A stretch of DNA of 64,000 nt from Candidatus Pampinifervens sinense (GCA_037927135.1 JAXSPP010000005.1:32001-96000), one strand, 5' to 3'; shown: positions 1-9,998, counted from the first letter of the stretch. Numbers and translations: made by a program. The notes: a model not told the origin generated them from the sequence alone.

Positions 1-2
1 AT

Positions 3-830
3 CATGGCTACATTGAGGGAAGTACTTTGAGCCAGAAGGGCCTCTTTTGTGTGAGGACTGGCATACCACCCACCAGGTTTGAATCTTTTGTGCTAAGGAA
101 GAGCCTACAGCTGGATACGATGACCTGCATAAGGCCCCTCCTTTATATGAAGAAGTTTGACAGCCTCTTTTTCTTTTTGAAGGAAAAGGAGAGGTTTGAG
201 GAGGACCTTCAATACATAAAAGCTATGCTTCTGCCCTGCGGAGTAGATTGCTGGGAGGACAACACAGACCAGTTTTTGTTCTATGTGGAGGGCCTCACCG
301 TAAGGTATGCCAACCTAAAAAACCCACCAGGAGAGTTTTCCTACCTCTCTACCGATGCCATACACCTCCTCAGAGTTTTGATGGACATAAACAAGCATGG
401 CTTTTATAGGTTTTCTACGGAAGAGATGATAAGGATAGCCCATGGGGTAAAGTATGGTATAAGGCCGGAGTATGGTAGTCTTGCGGGCATAAAGGGTATA
501 GGCCACATAAGAGCAAACCTCTTGAAGGAGGTGCTAATAGAGTCAAAGGTAAATCCACCGGGCCTTGGAGAGCCCACGGCCAGCTTTTTGGATATTATGG
601 AATCGGAAGGCCTCTATGATTTGTTGCTTGAAAAGGTAATAGATTACAGAGGCCTAAGCACTGAGAAGGCAAAGGAAGAGGTAGGTAAAATAAGGAAGAT
701 ACTCCTCAACAACAGAAGGGGCTATATGGTGGATGATAAGATACTGCTTGCCTTTGGCCTCTTCTTGGAAGGGCCTTCTGCCATGAGGAGAACAAAGAAG
801 GAGCTTGTAGAGCTTATAAGATGGAGTTAG
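3..830 (+). CDS. C-terminal part of a probable Ski2/Hel308-like DEAD/DEAH helicase (5'-truncated by window edge)
   Basis: Frame is open from the window start; RIAHGVK followed by an HhH-like IKGIGHIRA motif resembles Hel308 C-terminal domains. Helicase core motifs lie outside the window. Confidence 0.5.
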   Translation, partial: HGYIEGSTLSQKGLFCVRTGIPPTRFESFVLRKSLQLDTMTCIRPLLYMKKFDSLFFFLKEKERFEEDLQYIKAMLLPCGVDCWEDNTDQFLFYVEGLTVRYANLKNPPGEFSYLSTDAIHLLRVLMDINKHGFYRFSTEEMIRIAHGVKYGIRPEYGSLAGIKGIGHIRANLLKEVLIESKVNPPGLGEPTASFLDIMESEGLYDLLLEKVIDYRGLSTEKAKEEVGKIRKILLNNRRGYMVDDKILLAFGLFLEGPSAMRRTKKELVELIRWS

Positions 831-1369
831 CAAAGCCTGTCCTTGCCATCCTCTATGCCGATGAAAAACTTTTGATGGATTTCATATCACAGCTAAAGGT
901 AGAATTTGTCTCAGAGAGTTTTTACTTTGAGGGCCTTCAAAGGTATTACGGAAAAGAAATGGGGGAAGGCCTATACAAGCGGTTCTTTAGCCTAAAAGGC
1001 CTGATGAGGAAGGAAGACCTAAAAAGCTTTAAGCTTTGGGCCACAAGAAGGGAAAAGGAGTTTTCCACAGAAGGCAGAAGAAGGCTAAACATAGACCCGG
1101 GCTATGTGGATGAGAGCCACCTTATACTTGCCTCTTCAAAAAAGAGGGGCGGAAGGATATACCTTGGAGAGGGTGTTTATGCGGAGATGGAATACCTTTA
1201 TGTTTACGGTGGCTTTAGGCCACTCTATTGGACCTACGGCGACTACAGGGACAAAAGGGTAAGGGAGTTCTTTGAAAAAGTAAGGGAGAGTTTTTTGGAG
1301 GAGTTAAACCTTGCTAGGAAGGGACACAAGCCTTGGCTCCTTGACTTCTCCAAGGATGAGCTCTATTAG
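821..1369 (+). CDS. DUF4416 family protein
   Basis: YYGKEMGEGL, RRLNIDPGY, RIYLGEGVYAE and WTYGDY motifs. Confidence 0.75.
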   Translation: MELAKPVLAILYADEKLLMDFISQLKVEFVSESFYFEGLQRYYGKEMGEGLYKRFFSLKGLMRKEDLKSFKLWATRREKEFSTEGRRRLNIDPGYVDESHLILASSKKRGGRIYLGEGVYAEMEYLYVYGGFRPLYWTYGDYRDKRVREFFEKVRESFLEELNLARKGHKPWLLDFSKDELY

Positions 1370-2071
1370 GCTTTGAAGGCTTGGAGAGATGTCTGTAAAG
1401 TATAACTCAAGCCTTGAAAAGCCTTCCCTTTTTACAAAGGGCTCTATCTCAAGGGCTGTGGCCTGTGCCGAGTCTATAACTTTTACCTGTGGACCCATAA
1501 ACCTTTCTATAAGGGGCTTTAAAAGGGGGTAGTGGGTACAGCCCAGAATGAGGGTATCTATGCCCTTTTCCTTTAGGTCCTTAAGATAGTATTCTACAAC
1601 CGCTTCGGCTATGCTACCTTCCAAAAGACCCTCTTCTACAAGGGGGACAAATAAGGGACAGGCCCTTTGGTAGACTTCTACTCCCTTGGCCTCCAGCATA
1701 TTCTTATAGACACAGCTTGAGATGGTGGCCTTTGTGCCTATCACACCCACCTTTCCTTTTGTGTTTTCAAGGGCCCTCTTTACTCCAGGCTCTATAACGC
1801 CAAAGACTGGAATGGGTAGGCTTTCCTTTAGCACTTCCAATGCATAAGAACTTGCAGTGTTGCAAGCCACCACAAGAAGGTCTATGCCTTCGTTTAATAA
1901 AAACTCTGCGCATTCAAGGCTATACCTTATGACCGTCTTTGCAGACTTGTTGCCATAGGGCACCCTTGCCGTGTCTCCAAGGTATACAAAATCCACCTCT
2001 GGGTAGGTCCTCCTTAGGGCTTTTAGGACGGTGAGACCACCTACACCAGAGTCAAAGATGCCTATTTTCAT
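1304..2071 (-). CDS. murI: Glutamate racemase
   Basis: FDSGVGGLTV, VACNTAS and LGCTHYP catalytic motifs. Confidence 0.97.
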   Translation of the reverse strand: MKIGIFDSGVGGLTVLKALRRTYPEVDFVYLGDTARVPYGNKSAKTVIRYSLECAEFLLNEGIDLLVVACNTASSYALEVLKESLPIPVFGVIEPGVKRALENTKGKVGVIGTKATISSCVYKNMLEAKGVEVYQRACPLFVPLVEEGLLEGSIAEAVVEYYLKDLKEKGIDTLILGCTHYPLLKPLIERFMGPQVKVIDSAQATALEIEPFVKREGFSRLELYFTDISPSLQSLIELILGEVKEPRLVSLPSKV

Positions 2072-2129
2072 CCTCTTTTCACAATTCCCTTGTATTATAA
2101 TACATAAAACAAACTTAGGAGGTGTAAGG

Positions 2130-2432
2130 ATGAAAAAGGTAGCCTTAGCCCTTGCAATGGTAGTAGGCTTTGCAGGGCTGTCCTTGGCCAGCGAACAGCT
2201 AGCCAGGCAAAAGGGCTGTTTTGCCTGTCACGACCTTAAGGCAAAGAAGGTAGGGCCATCCTTTGCAGATATTGCCAAGAAGTATGCAGGAAAGAAGGAT
2301 GCGGTGGACTACCTTGCTGGAAAGATCAAGAAGGGTGGTTCTGGTGTTTGGGGTTCTGTACCCATGCCACCTCAAAATGTGTCTGATGCAGAGGCCAAGC
2401 AGTTGGCCCAGTGGGTAATGTCTGTAAAGTAA
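2130..2432 (+). CDS. Cytochrome c552 precursor (class I, Hydrogenobacter type)
   Basis: Start moved to ATG 2130 after AGGAGG RBS; signal peptide; CFACH heme motif; GSGVWGSVPMPPQ with axial Met. Confidence 0.95.
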   Translation: MKKVALALAMVVGFAGLSLASEQLARQKGCFACHDLKAKKVGPSFADIAKKYAGKKDAVDYLAGKIKKGGSGVWGSVPMPPQNVSDAEAKQLAQWVMSVK

Positions 2433-2439
2433 AACTTTC

Positions 2440-2459
2440 GGGGGGCTTTTAGGCCCCCT
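2440..2459. terminator. Possible bidirectional terminator hairpin
   Basis: GGGGGC-ttttag-GCCCCC stem between convergent genes. Confidence 0.5.
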
Positions 2460-2793
2460 CCTCCAAAGGATTACATCTGTTTATATTTCCAAAGCATTGA
2501 GGGCATAGGTCAAAAAAGACCAAGAGTCCAAGACCACCTAGCATCATATTGACCTGTGTTATAACTAAGTTTTCTTGCCTTTCTGGAAGCACCTGATATT
2601 TTTCAAGCCTTTTACCGCAGGCCGTTAGGCCCTCTTCTTGACCAAGCTTATGAAACTGAAACACAAGCCTTTTTGTCCTTCTGCACTTCATCCACCTAGG
2701 CGTGAGGTCAAGCATCACAAAGTTTATCTGAATGTTTGGGTCTATAAGCTGGGCCCTTTGCATAAGCTTTTCAAACCTTTCCTTCTCCGTCAT
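2449..2793 (-). CDS. Hypothetical protein (Cys-containing)
   Basis: ORF overlapping the ispG 3' end with upstream GGAGG; no family recognised. Confidence 0.6.
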   Translation of the reverse strand: MTEKERFEKLMQRAQLIDPNIQINFVMLDLTPRWMKCRRTKRLVFQFHKLGQEEGLTACGKRLEKYQVLPERQENLVITQVNMMLGGLGLLVFFDLCPQCFGNINRCNPLEEGA

Positions 2794-3841
2794 ACTTTAG
2801 CACCTCCTCCATCAGAGCTTGTGCCATCTCTTCTTCGCTCACCTTTCTAATTGGCTTTCCATCTTTAAAAAGCCAAGCAAAGCCCCTTCCGCAGGCAAGG
2901 CCTAGGTCTGCCTCTCTGGCCTCCCCTATGGCATTTACCACACAGCCCATTATGGCAACCTTTAAAGGCTTGTTTATATGCTTTAGCTTTTCTTCCACCT
3001 CTTTTACCACCTTGGGAAGGTCCACCTCTATACGCCCGCAGGTAGGACAGGAGATTATCTCAAGGCCCCTTCTTCTTAGTCCAAGGGCTTGAAGTATGGC
3101 GTAAGCCACCTCTACTTCTACCTCTGGGTCGTCGGTCAAAGAGACCCTTATAGTGTCCCCTATACCCTTATATAGGAGTATGCCTATGCCAACGGCGGAT
3201 TTTACTATGCCTTTGATGCCCATGCCCGCTTCCGTTATGCCTATGTGAAGAGGCACGTCTGTGTGCTTTGCAAAAAGTTCATTGGCCTTTATGTTTTCTA
3301 ACACATCGGAAGCCTTTATGGACACTTTAAAGTTGTAAAAACCCCACTTTTCAAACCTCTCAGACCATCTTATGGCGCTTTCAAAAAGGGCCTCTCCGCA
3401 TGGGTAGCCATACTTTTCAAGAAGGTCCTTCTCCAAGGAACCAGAGTTCACACCTATCCTTATGGCCACACCCTTTATCTTTGCCTCCTCCACAATTTCC
3501 CTTACTATCTCCTCCTTCCCTATGTTTCCTGGGTTTATCCTTATGCCATGCACTCCCTTCTCCATGGACCTAAAGGCATAAGATGGTGCAAAGTGTATGT
3601 CTGCAATGACGGGCATGGGAGAGTTTTTCACTATATCTGGCAAGGCCTCTAGGTCTTCCTCATGGGGCACGGCCACCCTTATGATTTCACAGCCAGCCTT
3701 GTGTAGCCTTTTTATCTGTTCAAGGGTAGCCTCTATATCATGGGTTTTGGTAGAAGTCATAGACTGCACCACAATGGGTGCATCTCCTCCTATCTTTACC
3801 CAACCTACCTTTATCTGGCGCGTTTTCCTCCTTTCTATCAT
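2771..3841 (-). CDS. ispG: 4-hydroxy-3-methylbut-2-en-1-yl diphosphate synthase
   Basis: VQSMT, ADIHF, RINPGNIG, SCPTCGR and MGCVVN motifs. Confidence 0.97.
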   Translation of the reverse strand: MIERRKTRQIKVGWVKIGGDAPIVVQSMTSTKTHDIEATLEQIKRLHKAGCEIIRVAVPHEEDLEALPDIVKNSPMPVIADIHFAPSYAFRSMEKGVHGIRINPGNIGKEEIVREIVEEAKIKGVAIRIGVNSGSLEKDLLEKYGYPCGEALFESAIRWSERFEKWGFYNFKVSIKASDVLENIKANELFAKHTDVPLHIGITEAGMGIKGIVKSAVGIGILLYKGIGDTIRVSLTDDPEVEVEVAYAILQALGLRRRGLEIISCPTCGRIEVDLPKVVKEVEEKLKHINKPLKVAIMGCVVNAIGEAREADLGLACGRGFAWLFKDGKPIRKVSEEEMAQALMEEVLKYDGEGKV

Positions 3842-4806
3842 GACAGCTCCAGCATCCTAAGTATGGGCCTTCTTGCCTTCTCCATTATATCCTCTGGCAA
3901 AACCACCTCGTTTATCTCCTCCTTTAAGGTTTGGTATACCTTTGGCAGTGTTATGGCCTTCATGGTGCAACAATAGACCGTTCCGCAGTAGTTCATGGAC
4001 TCTGGGAAGATGTACTCCTTGTTGGGGTTTTTCTTCATAAGTGTGTATTTTAGGCCCACCTCTGTTATCACTATCACCCTCTTTGCCTCACAGGTGGTAG
4101 CGTAATTTATTATCTGGGAGGTAGAACCTACAAAGTCGGCAAGCTCTATCACCTTGGGGTGGCACTCGGGATGAACGGCCACCTTAGCATCGGGGTATTG
4201 TTCTTTTAGCTTTAGCACCTCCCTTGCGGTAAACTCAAAGTGAGGGGGGCAAAAGCCCTGCCAGATTACAAACTCCTTGTCTGGCACATGTTTCTTTACC
4301 CAGTTGCCAAGGGCTTGGTCTGGTATAAAGATGATCTTTTTGCTCTCCAGCTTTTGGACTATCTTTACAGCGTTGGCGGAGGTCACGCAAATATCTGAGA
4401 CAGCCTTGACCTCTGCATTGGTGTTTATGTAGGCCACCACCTCCCCATCGGGATGCTTTTCCTTTAGCCTTAAAACATCCTCAGCCCTTATCATATCGGC
4501 CATAGGACAGCCAGACTCAGGATTAGGATGTAGCACCTTTTTGGTGGGGTTTACTATTTTGGCCGTCTCACACATAAACCGCACACCGCAGAAGACTATG
4601 ATATCCGCATCGGTCTGAGAGGCCCTTCTGGAAAGTTCTAAGGAATCTCCAATAAAGTCCGCTATATCTTGAACCTCTGGCCTTTGATAATAATGGGCCA
4701 GTATGACGGCATTTTTCTCTTTTGCAAGCCTCCTTATCTCCTCTTGAAGAGCCTTTATATCCTCACCGCTTAGTTCTTGGTCCTTTACAAGCTCCACCTG
4801 TAGCAT
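3838..4806 (-). CDS. nadA: Quinolinate synthase
   Basis: ILAHYYQ, FCGVRFM, GCPMA, HPEC and GSTS motifs. Confidence 0.97.
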   Translation of the reverse strand: MLQVELVKDQELSGEDIKALQEEIRRLAKEKNAVILAHYYQRPEVQDIADFIGDSLELSRRASQTDADIIVFCGVRFMCETAKIVNPTKKVLHPNPESGCPMADMIRAEDVLRLKEKHPDGEVVAYINTNAEVKAVSDICVTSANAVKIVQKLESKKIIFIPDQALGNWVKKHVPDKEFVIWQGFCPPHFEFTAREVLKLKEQYPDAKVAVHPECHPKVIELADFVGSTSQIINYATTCEAKRVIVITEVGLKYTLMKKNPNKEYIFPESMNYCGTVYCCTMKAITLPKVYQTLKEEINEVVLPEDIMEKARRPILRMLELS

Positions 4807-4960
4807 AATAAAAGAATATAAGACCTTCTAGCGTATCTTTTATGAGCTTTTTTATAAAATCGCCAAGTATGCCTTCATAGCTTGCCTTCCCTTAGGGACA
4901 GAACCAGCAAACCATATCTATTACAATGCTAACATCTTACTTTGGCGTATAATTAAGGTT

Positions 4961-5260
4961 ATGAAGCTTTTAGCCCTTTTCATGCTTTTAATTGCCTTCT
5001 CCTTCTCTCGCGAGGTGCCTTTTACCCAAGAGGATAGGGATAGAATTACAAGGCTTGAAGTAAAGGTGGAAGAGGGCTTCAAGGCGGTCAATCAGAGGAT
5101 GGATGATATTAATAGAAGGATTGACGATACCAATAAGAGAATTGAAGAACTACAAACTCTAATGCTTTGGGGCTTTGGAATACTCTTTAGCGGTATGGGA
5201 ATTCTAATAGGCTTGGTAATGTGGGATAGAAGGACGGCCATATCTCCGGTGGTAAGATAA
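4961..5260 (+). CDS. Small membrane-anchored coiled-coil protein
   Basis: Signal-like N-terminus, heptads NQRMDDI/NRRIDDT/NKRIEEL, C-terminal TM helix then WDRRT; TATAAT 7 nt upstream of ATG. Confidence 0.7.
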   Translation: MKLLALFMLLIAFSFSREVPFTQEDRDRITRLEVKVEEGFKAVNQRMDDINRRIDDTNKRIEELQTLMLWGFGILFSGMGILIGLVMWDRRTAISPVVR

Positions 5261-5580
5261 TGAACCATAACTTCCTTTTAGCACGCCTATACCTCAGGGA
5301 AGATGATAAGTTAGAGGGAAAGCTCGCCTACAGGAGGGTCTTGGAGCTTCTAAAGGAGTGGGGCATAAGTGGTGCTACAGTGCTAAAGTCCATCATGGGC
5401 TATGGGACCACAAAGAGCTTTCATTATGAGGGCTTGGAAGTTTTGTCCTACGGCCTGCCCGTGGTGATAGAGTTTATAGATGAAGAATCAAAGGTGATGA
5501 TGGCTGTGGAGAGGCTTCTGTCAAAGTTTGGAGGTCTTTTTATCACCCTTGAGGAGGTGCAAGTTTGTCCCTACTCTTAG
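5260..5580 (+). CDS. DUF190 (PII-like) protein
   Basis: GISGATVLKSIMGYG and LPVVIEFID motifs; adjacent to crcB. Confidence 0.85.
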   Translation: MNHNFLLARLYLREDDKLEGKLAYRRVLELLKEWGISGATVLKSIMGYGTTKSFHYEGLEVLSYGLPVVIEFIDEESKVMMAVERLLSKFGGLFITLEEVQVCPYS

Positions 5581-5939
5581 CCATAGCCTTGGGTGGAGCC
5601 ATCGGTTCTGTGCTTAGGTTTTTGGTCTCCAAGCTTGTGCAAACAAAGGCAGGCTTGGAGTTTCCAGTGGGTACCCTTTTTGTAAACCTGACTTCTGCAT
5701 TCATCATAGGCTTTGCCTTTTCTTTTCTTGTGGAAAGGCTTGATATCTCTCCCACCTTTAGAGCCTTTTTTATAACTGGCCTTCTTGGCGGATATTCTAC
5801 CTATTCTACCCTCTTTTATGAAGCCTACTACCTTATGATAAACGGTGAGTGGTTAAAGCTGGTCCTTTATCTCTTTCTTAGCAATCTTTTAGGTTTAGTT
5901 TTTGTTGCTGTAGGCTATGGCCTTGGTAAACTTTTATAA
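5565..5939 (+). CDS. crcB: Fluoride efflux channel Fluc/CrcB
   Basis: GGAIGSVLR, FPVGTLFVN and TGLLGGYSTYST motifs; TTG start after GAGGAGG. Confidence 0.93.
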   Translation: MSLLLAIALGGAIGSVLRFLVSKLVQTKAGLEFPVGTLFVNLTSAFIIGFAFSFLVERLDISPTFRAFFITGLLGGYSTYSTLFYEAYYLMINGEWLKLVLYLFLSNLLGLVFVAVGYGLGKLL

Positions 5940-5942
5940 GCT

Positions 5943-6263
5943 ATGAAGTGTGAAGAGGCGGTGCTTGTAAGGGTCTTTTTTGGAGAGAATGACAAGTACG
6001 AGGGCAAGCCACTATATAGGTATATGGTGGAGTTTTGTAAAAAGAGGGGCATTGCGGGTGCTACCGTTTTTAGGGGCATCCTTGGCTATGGCAAGTCTTC
6101 TGTCATACACAAAGCTGGCCTTCTGGCTCTCTCTTCCGACCTTCCCATGGTGGTAGAAATAGTAGACTGCGAGGAAAAGATACAAGAGATACTTCCAGAG
6201 CTTTCAAAGATGGTAAAGGATGGCATAATAACCCTTGAAAAGGTAAAAGTGGTCAAGGCATAA
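5943..6263 (+). CDS. DUF190 (PII-like) protein
   Basis: GIAGATVFRGILGYG and SSDLPMVVEIVD motifs. Confidence 0.9.
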   Translation: MKCEEAVLVRVFFGENDKYEGKPLYRYMVEFCKKRGIAGATVFRGILGYGKSSVIHKAGLLALSSDLPMVVEIVDCEEKIQEILPELSKMVKDGIITLEKVKVVKA

Positions 6264-7005
6264 AGACCTCTTTTAAGCTCTCAAGATATTTGTAGTTTGT
6301 GAGGTCAAGCTGGAGGGGTGTGATGGAGACATAGCCGTGGTATACAGCCCAGTAGTCGGTGCCTTCCTCAAGGTGCCATCCAAACTCTTCAGCCGTTATC
6401 CAATAGAGAGGCCTTCCAGAGGGGTCCAAAAGCCTCAAAACCTTTTCCTTGTAAGCCCTTCTTCCTTGGCGTGTCACCATAAAGCCCTTTATCTCTTCCC
6501 TTGGAAGGTTTGGAATGTTCACATTGAGATAAACGTCCTCTGGCATGCCCTTTTCAAGCACCTTGACAACCACCTCTTTTGCAATCTTTGCCACTTCAGA
6601 AAAGTTTATATCCTCCCTTCCAAAGGCGGAAAAGGCAATGGAAGGAATGCCCAATATCCTCCCTTCCATAGCTCCAGAGACGGTGCCAGAGTAGGTAATG
6701 TCTTCTCCAAGGTTTGGTCCTTCGTTGATGCCAGAGCACACAAGGTCTGGCTTTTTACCATCAAGGAAAAGGTAATATCCCAAATGCACACAGTCTGCTG
6801 GCGTGCCACCTATGACCGTCCAAAAGTCCTCATCCACCCTTCTTATCCTAAGGGGCTGTGTAAAGGTTAAGGAGTGGCCTACACCGCTAAGGTTTCTGTC
6901 TGGGGCTACAGTTATAACCCTTCCAAGCTTCCTCAGCTCTTCCCTTAAGGCCCTTATACCTTCGGAAAAGTAGCCATCATCGTTGGTAAGCAAGAAGGTA
7001 GGCAT
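6253..7005 (-). CDS. surE: 5'/3'-nucleotidase SurE
   Basis: LTNDDG, GTPADCV, SGINEGPNLG and YSGTV motifs. Confidence 0.97.
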   Translation of the reverse strand: MPTFLLTNDDGYFSEGIRALREELRKLGRVITVAPDRNLSGVGHSLTFTQPLRIRRVDEDFWTVIGGTPADCVHLGYYLFLDGKKPDLVCSGINEGPNLGEDITYSGTVSGAMEGRILGIPSIAFSAFGREDINFSEVAKIAKEVVVKVLEKGMPEDVYLNVNIPNLPREEIKGFMVTRQGRRAYKEKVLRLLDPSGRPLYWITAEEFGWHLEEGTDYWAVYHGYVSITPLQLDLTNYKYLESLKEVFMP

Positions 7006-7023
7006 AGCCTATATTTTATCCTT

Positions 7024-7674
7024 ATGGAATGTCCTAAATGTAAAGGTACAGGCTTTATAGATAAGGGAGGTGTGGTAGAGCTTTGTTCTTGCAGGTATGA
7101 GAGCGTGAACCTTCAAAAGTATCTGAACATCCCACCAAGGTTTATAAACGCAGAGTTTGAAAACTACATGCCCATATCTCCCTCCCAAAAGACAGCCCTT
7201 GAAATATGCCTACATTATGTGCATAGCTTTGACCCAAAGGAAGGAAAAGGCCTAACCCTTGTGGGACCGCCTTCCATGGGAAAAACCCACCTTGCGGTAG
7301 CTACCTTAAAAAACATCTATAGGTTAAAAAGGGTCAGGGGCTTTTTCTTTGACACAAAGGACCTCTTTTACAGGCTTCAAAGCTACGCAGGATCGGACAA
7401 AATGAACAAGCTTATGAACTTTTTGATAAACGTGCCTCTTTTGGTCCTTGATGATCTTGGCAGTGAAAGGCTCTCCGACTGGAGGGTAGAGGTACTCTCT
7501 TACATAATCAGCACAAGGTATAACTACCTTAAAAGCACCATAATAACCACCAACTACCCCTTGTTAAAGGCAGAGGAGGAAGGTCAATCTCTTGAAGAGA
7601 GGCTTTCACCGGCAATAGTTAGCAAGATATACCAAATGAACGACCTAATAAACATAAGCTCACTGGCTAGATAA
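7024..7674 (+). CDS. dnaC: DnaC/IstB-family AAA+ ATPase, probable replicative helicase loader
   Basis: N-terminal CPKC..CSC; Walker A GPPSMGKTHL; Walker B LLVLDDLG; IITTN. Confidence 0.75.
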   Translation: MECPKCKGTGFIDKGGVVELCSCRYESVNLQKYLNIPPRFINAEFENYMPISPSQKTALEICLHYVHSFDPKEGKGLTLVGPPSMGKTHLAVATLKNIYRLKRVRGFFFDTKDLFYRLQSYAGSDKMNKLMNFLINVPLLVLDDLGSERLSDWRVEVLSYIISTRYNYLKSTIITTNYPLLKAEEEGQSLEERLSPAIVSKIYQMNDLINISSLAR

Positions 7675-8320
7675 AGAGGGCTAACAAAAGGGAAGGCATC
7701 AAATTTAGTAGCTTAATGCTTTCCAAAAGGCCAAATATTTTAAGTGATGTAAGAACCATAAGGCCACCACCGATAAAAAGGGTGTTGGAAAGGGCTTGAT
7801 CCTTTAAAAAATCACCGTAAAAGTAGGCCAAAAGGGTGATAGAACCTTGAAATAAAAGCACATAGATAGCGGAAAAGATAACGCCCCTTCCAAGGGAAGA
7901 AGAAAGTATTATGGAAGAAAAGCCATCCATAAAGGCCTTTGAGAGGATAAGAGTGCTATCACCCTTTGTCCCTTCAAGGATACAGCCCACAAGGGTCATG
8001 GGACCAACCGTAAAAAGCAAGGATGCGGATATAAAGCCCCTTGTAAAGCCAGAGGAGCCTTTTGATATGCTTTCAATTCTTTCTTCCAGCCTCAAAAGGG
8101 TACCAAGAGAGGACCCAACCACCAAGAGGAAGAAAACCTTAAGCATCTCTGGTTTGTTCTCTGAGATAAGCCTAATGCCAAGGAGTAAAGTAAAGAGTCC
8201 TATGCCCCACATGATGGAAGTTCTGAGGCTTTGAGGCAAAAGATGAGAAAACCTAAGGCCTATAAGGCTTCCAGCCACAACCAAGCTTGCGTTCACTAAG
8301 GTTCCAAAGGTGGGAAACAT
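7667..8320 (-). CDS. DUF554 family membrane protein
   Basis: GTLVN, GFISASLLFTVGPM and KAFMDG motifs; hydrophobic. Confidence 0.85.
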   Translation of the reverse strand: MFPTFGTLVNASLVVAGSLIGLRFSHLLPQSLRTSIMWGIGLFTLLLGIRLISENKPEMLKVFFLLVVGSSLGTLLRLEERIESISKGSSGFTRGFISASLLFTVGPMTLVGCILEGTKGDSTLILSKAFMDGFSSIILSSSLGRGVIFSAIYVLLFQGSITLLAYFYGDFLKDQALSNTLFIGGGLMVLTSLKIFGLLESIKLLNLMPSLLLALFI

Positions 8321-9528
8321 CAGCCTTGGCTGTTCTGTTGAGACTGTGCTTGGGCCAATATATCTTGGAAGGTCTTATATAGGAACTCTGCCCTGTCTTT
8401 GGGCGTATAGCTTTGAAGCACTTTCTCCCTTGCCCTCTGTCCTATCTCCCTTGCCTCATGAAGGTTTTCCAAGTAATATACCACCTTCTCTTCTATGTCC
8501 GCTCTGTCAAGGGGCAAGTAGGTTATCACCTCTTCCTCTGGTGTGAAGAAGCTTCCAAGGGTGGCCCTAAGGTCCACCATGGGCGCACTACCCATAAAGG
8601 CCACCTCTAAAGGAACAAAGCCTACACCAGTGGGAACGGCATGAGGATAGCTAAGTATGGTTATATGGGACCTGCCTATCAATTCTAAGGCTTCACTCCA
8701 GCCGTTCGTGCTTATATGCTCATGGCCCTCTTTCAATTCACCCTCAAAGGCGCCCAATATCTTAAGGTTTATCCCTTCAAGGAAGCTAAGAATATACCAC
8801 CTTTTCCTTGCGGTGGCATAAAAGCTAATATCGTTCAAAAGCTTAAGGTAATCTTGGAAGTTTTCCTGCCTCCATCGGTTGAACTCCTCTTGAAAGCTTG
8901 GATTAAACATGGAAAGGATATACTCGCTTGCATAAAGTATGTGGGCCTCTGGGTTTCTAAAGAGGAACTCACCCACTTCAAAGAAATAGGGGATAAAGTC
9001 CTCTCTTAGATTCTGTAGGATCTGCTGTGCGATGATTTGGGGGTCAATGGCTGGACCTAAGAATATGGCCTCTATGTACTTTTCCTTTGGAAGGCTTGGC
9101 ATCTGCTTTGGGTCTATAAAGGGGGTCATATATAGCGTGCCTCTCTCATGGCCAAGAAACCTTAAACTGTCCGCATACTTTAGGTCCGATATTACCAAAA
9201 GGAAGTTGTTGGCATTCTTTAGGTCCAAAAGGACTGGAAAGTGGAAGAGGGGTTCGTCTGCAAAGAGGCTAACATGGACAAAACCAAAGGCATCAAAGAT
9301 GGGAACCCTTTGGCCTTCTCTTTCTCCAAAGATAACACAGCTACCGTTTACATCAAGGGTAAAGTAGGGTGAAAAGTCTAAAAGCTCCTGCACTCTATCT
9401 TGCAGATCGCCTTGGCTGATATCAAACTCCTTTACCTCAGCCCCTAGATCTTTAAGGTAATCCACGAGGCCAATTATATGCCTGTTTATTCCTAGATCTT
9501 CCCCTTGCCTTAGAAAGGCTATTCTCAT
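8320..9528 (-). CDS. Glycosyltransferase-like protein (CgeB/GT-B C-terminal domain)
   Basis: C-terminal EVAFMG...FTPEEEVITY...YYLEN...IGQRAREKV resembles Glyco_trans_1_2. Confidence 0.65.
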   Translation of the reverse strand: MRIAFLRQGEDLGINRHIIGLVDYLKDLGAEVKEFDISQGDLQDRVQELLDFSPYFTLDVNGSCVIFGEREGQRVPIFDAFGFVHVSLFADEPLFHFPVLLDLKNANNFLLVISDLKYADSLRFLGHERGTLYMTPFIDPKQMPSLPKEKYIEAIFLGPAIDPQIIAQQILQNLREDFIPYFFEVGEFLFRNPEAHILYASEYILSMFNPSFQEEFNRWRQENFQDYLKLLNDISFYATARKRWYILSFLEGINLKILGAFEGELKEGHEHISTNGWSEALELIGRSHITILSYPHAVPTGVGFVPLEVAFMGSAPMVDLRATLGSFFTPEEEVITYLPLDRADIEEKVVYYLENLHEAREIGQRAREKVLQSYTPKDRAEFLYKTFQDILAQAQSQQNSQG

Positions 9529-9549
9529 GGTCTAAAAATCATAACATAT

Positions 9550-9945
9550 TCAGTCCCCTATGTGCATAGCCGTGGTAGAATCCCATCTTGATATATGTAA
9601 GAAAAGCCAGGGAACAAGCTTTTCCTTTAAAAATTTCATCACCTCTTCAAAGTCTTTTGAAGCCTTCCATCGGTTGTAGAGGTCTTTTATGTCCTTTCTC
9701 ATGCTATCGTGCTCTGCCTTGTGCATAGGATAGGCGAAAAACTCCGCTTCCCTCATCAGGTCTTCTTCCGTAGAAAAGTGCTCCTCTATATCCTGGAGAA
9801 GGAGGTCCATAAGCCTGTCTGTCTCTTTGAGATCTCTTTTCTGACATGCAAGGTATAGCTCGTTTATGATGTTTACCTCATCCTCATGGATGGCGTTAAA
9901 AAGGTCGTTGGCCACCTTTGGTAGGTCCTGAGGTCTTATGAGCAT
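9550..9945 (-). CDS. Bacteriohemerythrin
   Basis: Start moved to ATG 9945 after AGGAGGT RBS; H..HFSTEE..M..YPMHKAEH..WLFLHISRWD di-iron motif. Confidence 0.9.
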   Translation of the reverse strand: MLIRPQDLPKVANDLFNAIHEDEVNIINELYLACQKRDLKETDRLMDLLLQDIEEHFSTEEDLMREAEFFAYPMHKAEHDSMRKDIKDLYNRWKASKDFEEVMKFLKEKLVPWLFLHISRWDSTTAMHIGD

Positions 9946-9998
9946 GTTCCACCTCCTGCTTTTAATAAGTAAATATATGCTTATTTTCTTTTTTCTTA

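Noticed and set aside
4807-4960. Fluoride riboswitch or gene remnant upstream of the crcB cluster
   Set aside because: No GGCGATGG...TGA-type riboswitch core recognised; a short protein-like minus-strand frame (ASYEGILGDFIKKL) is stop-interrupted and cannot be assigned.
7024-7674. IS21 IstB helper gene
   Set aside because: No istA transposase or terminal repeats; housekeeping context fits a DnaC-like loader.
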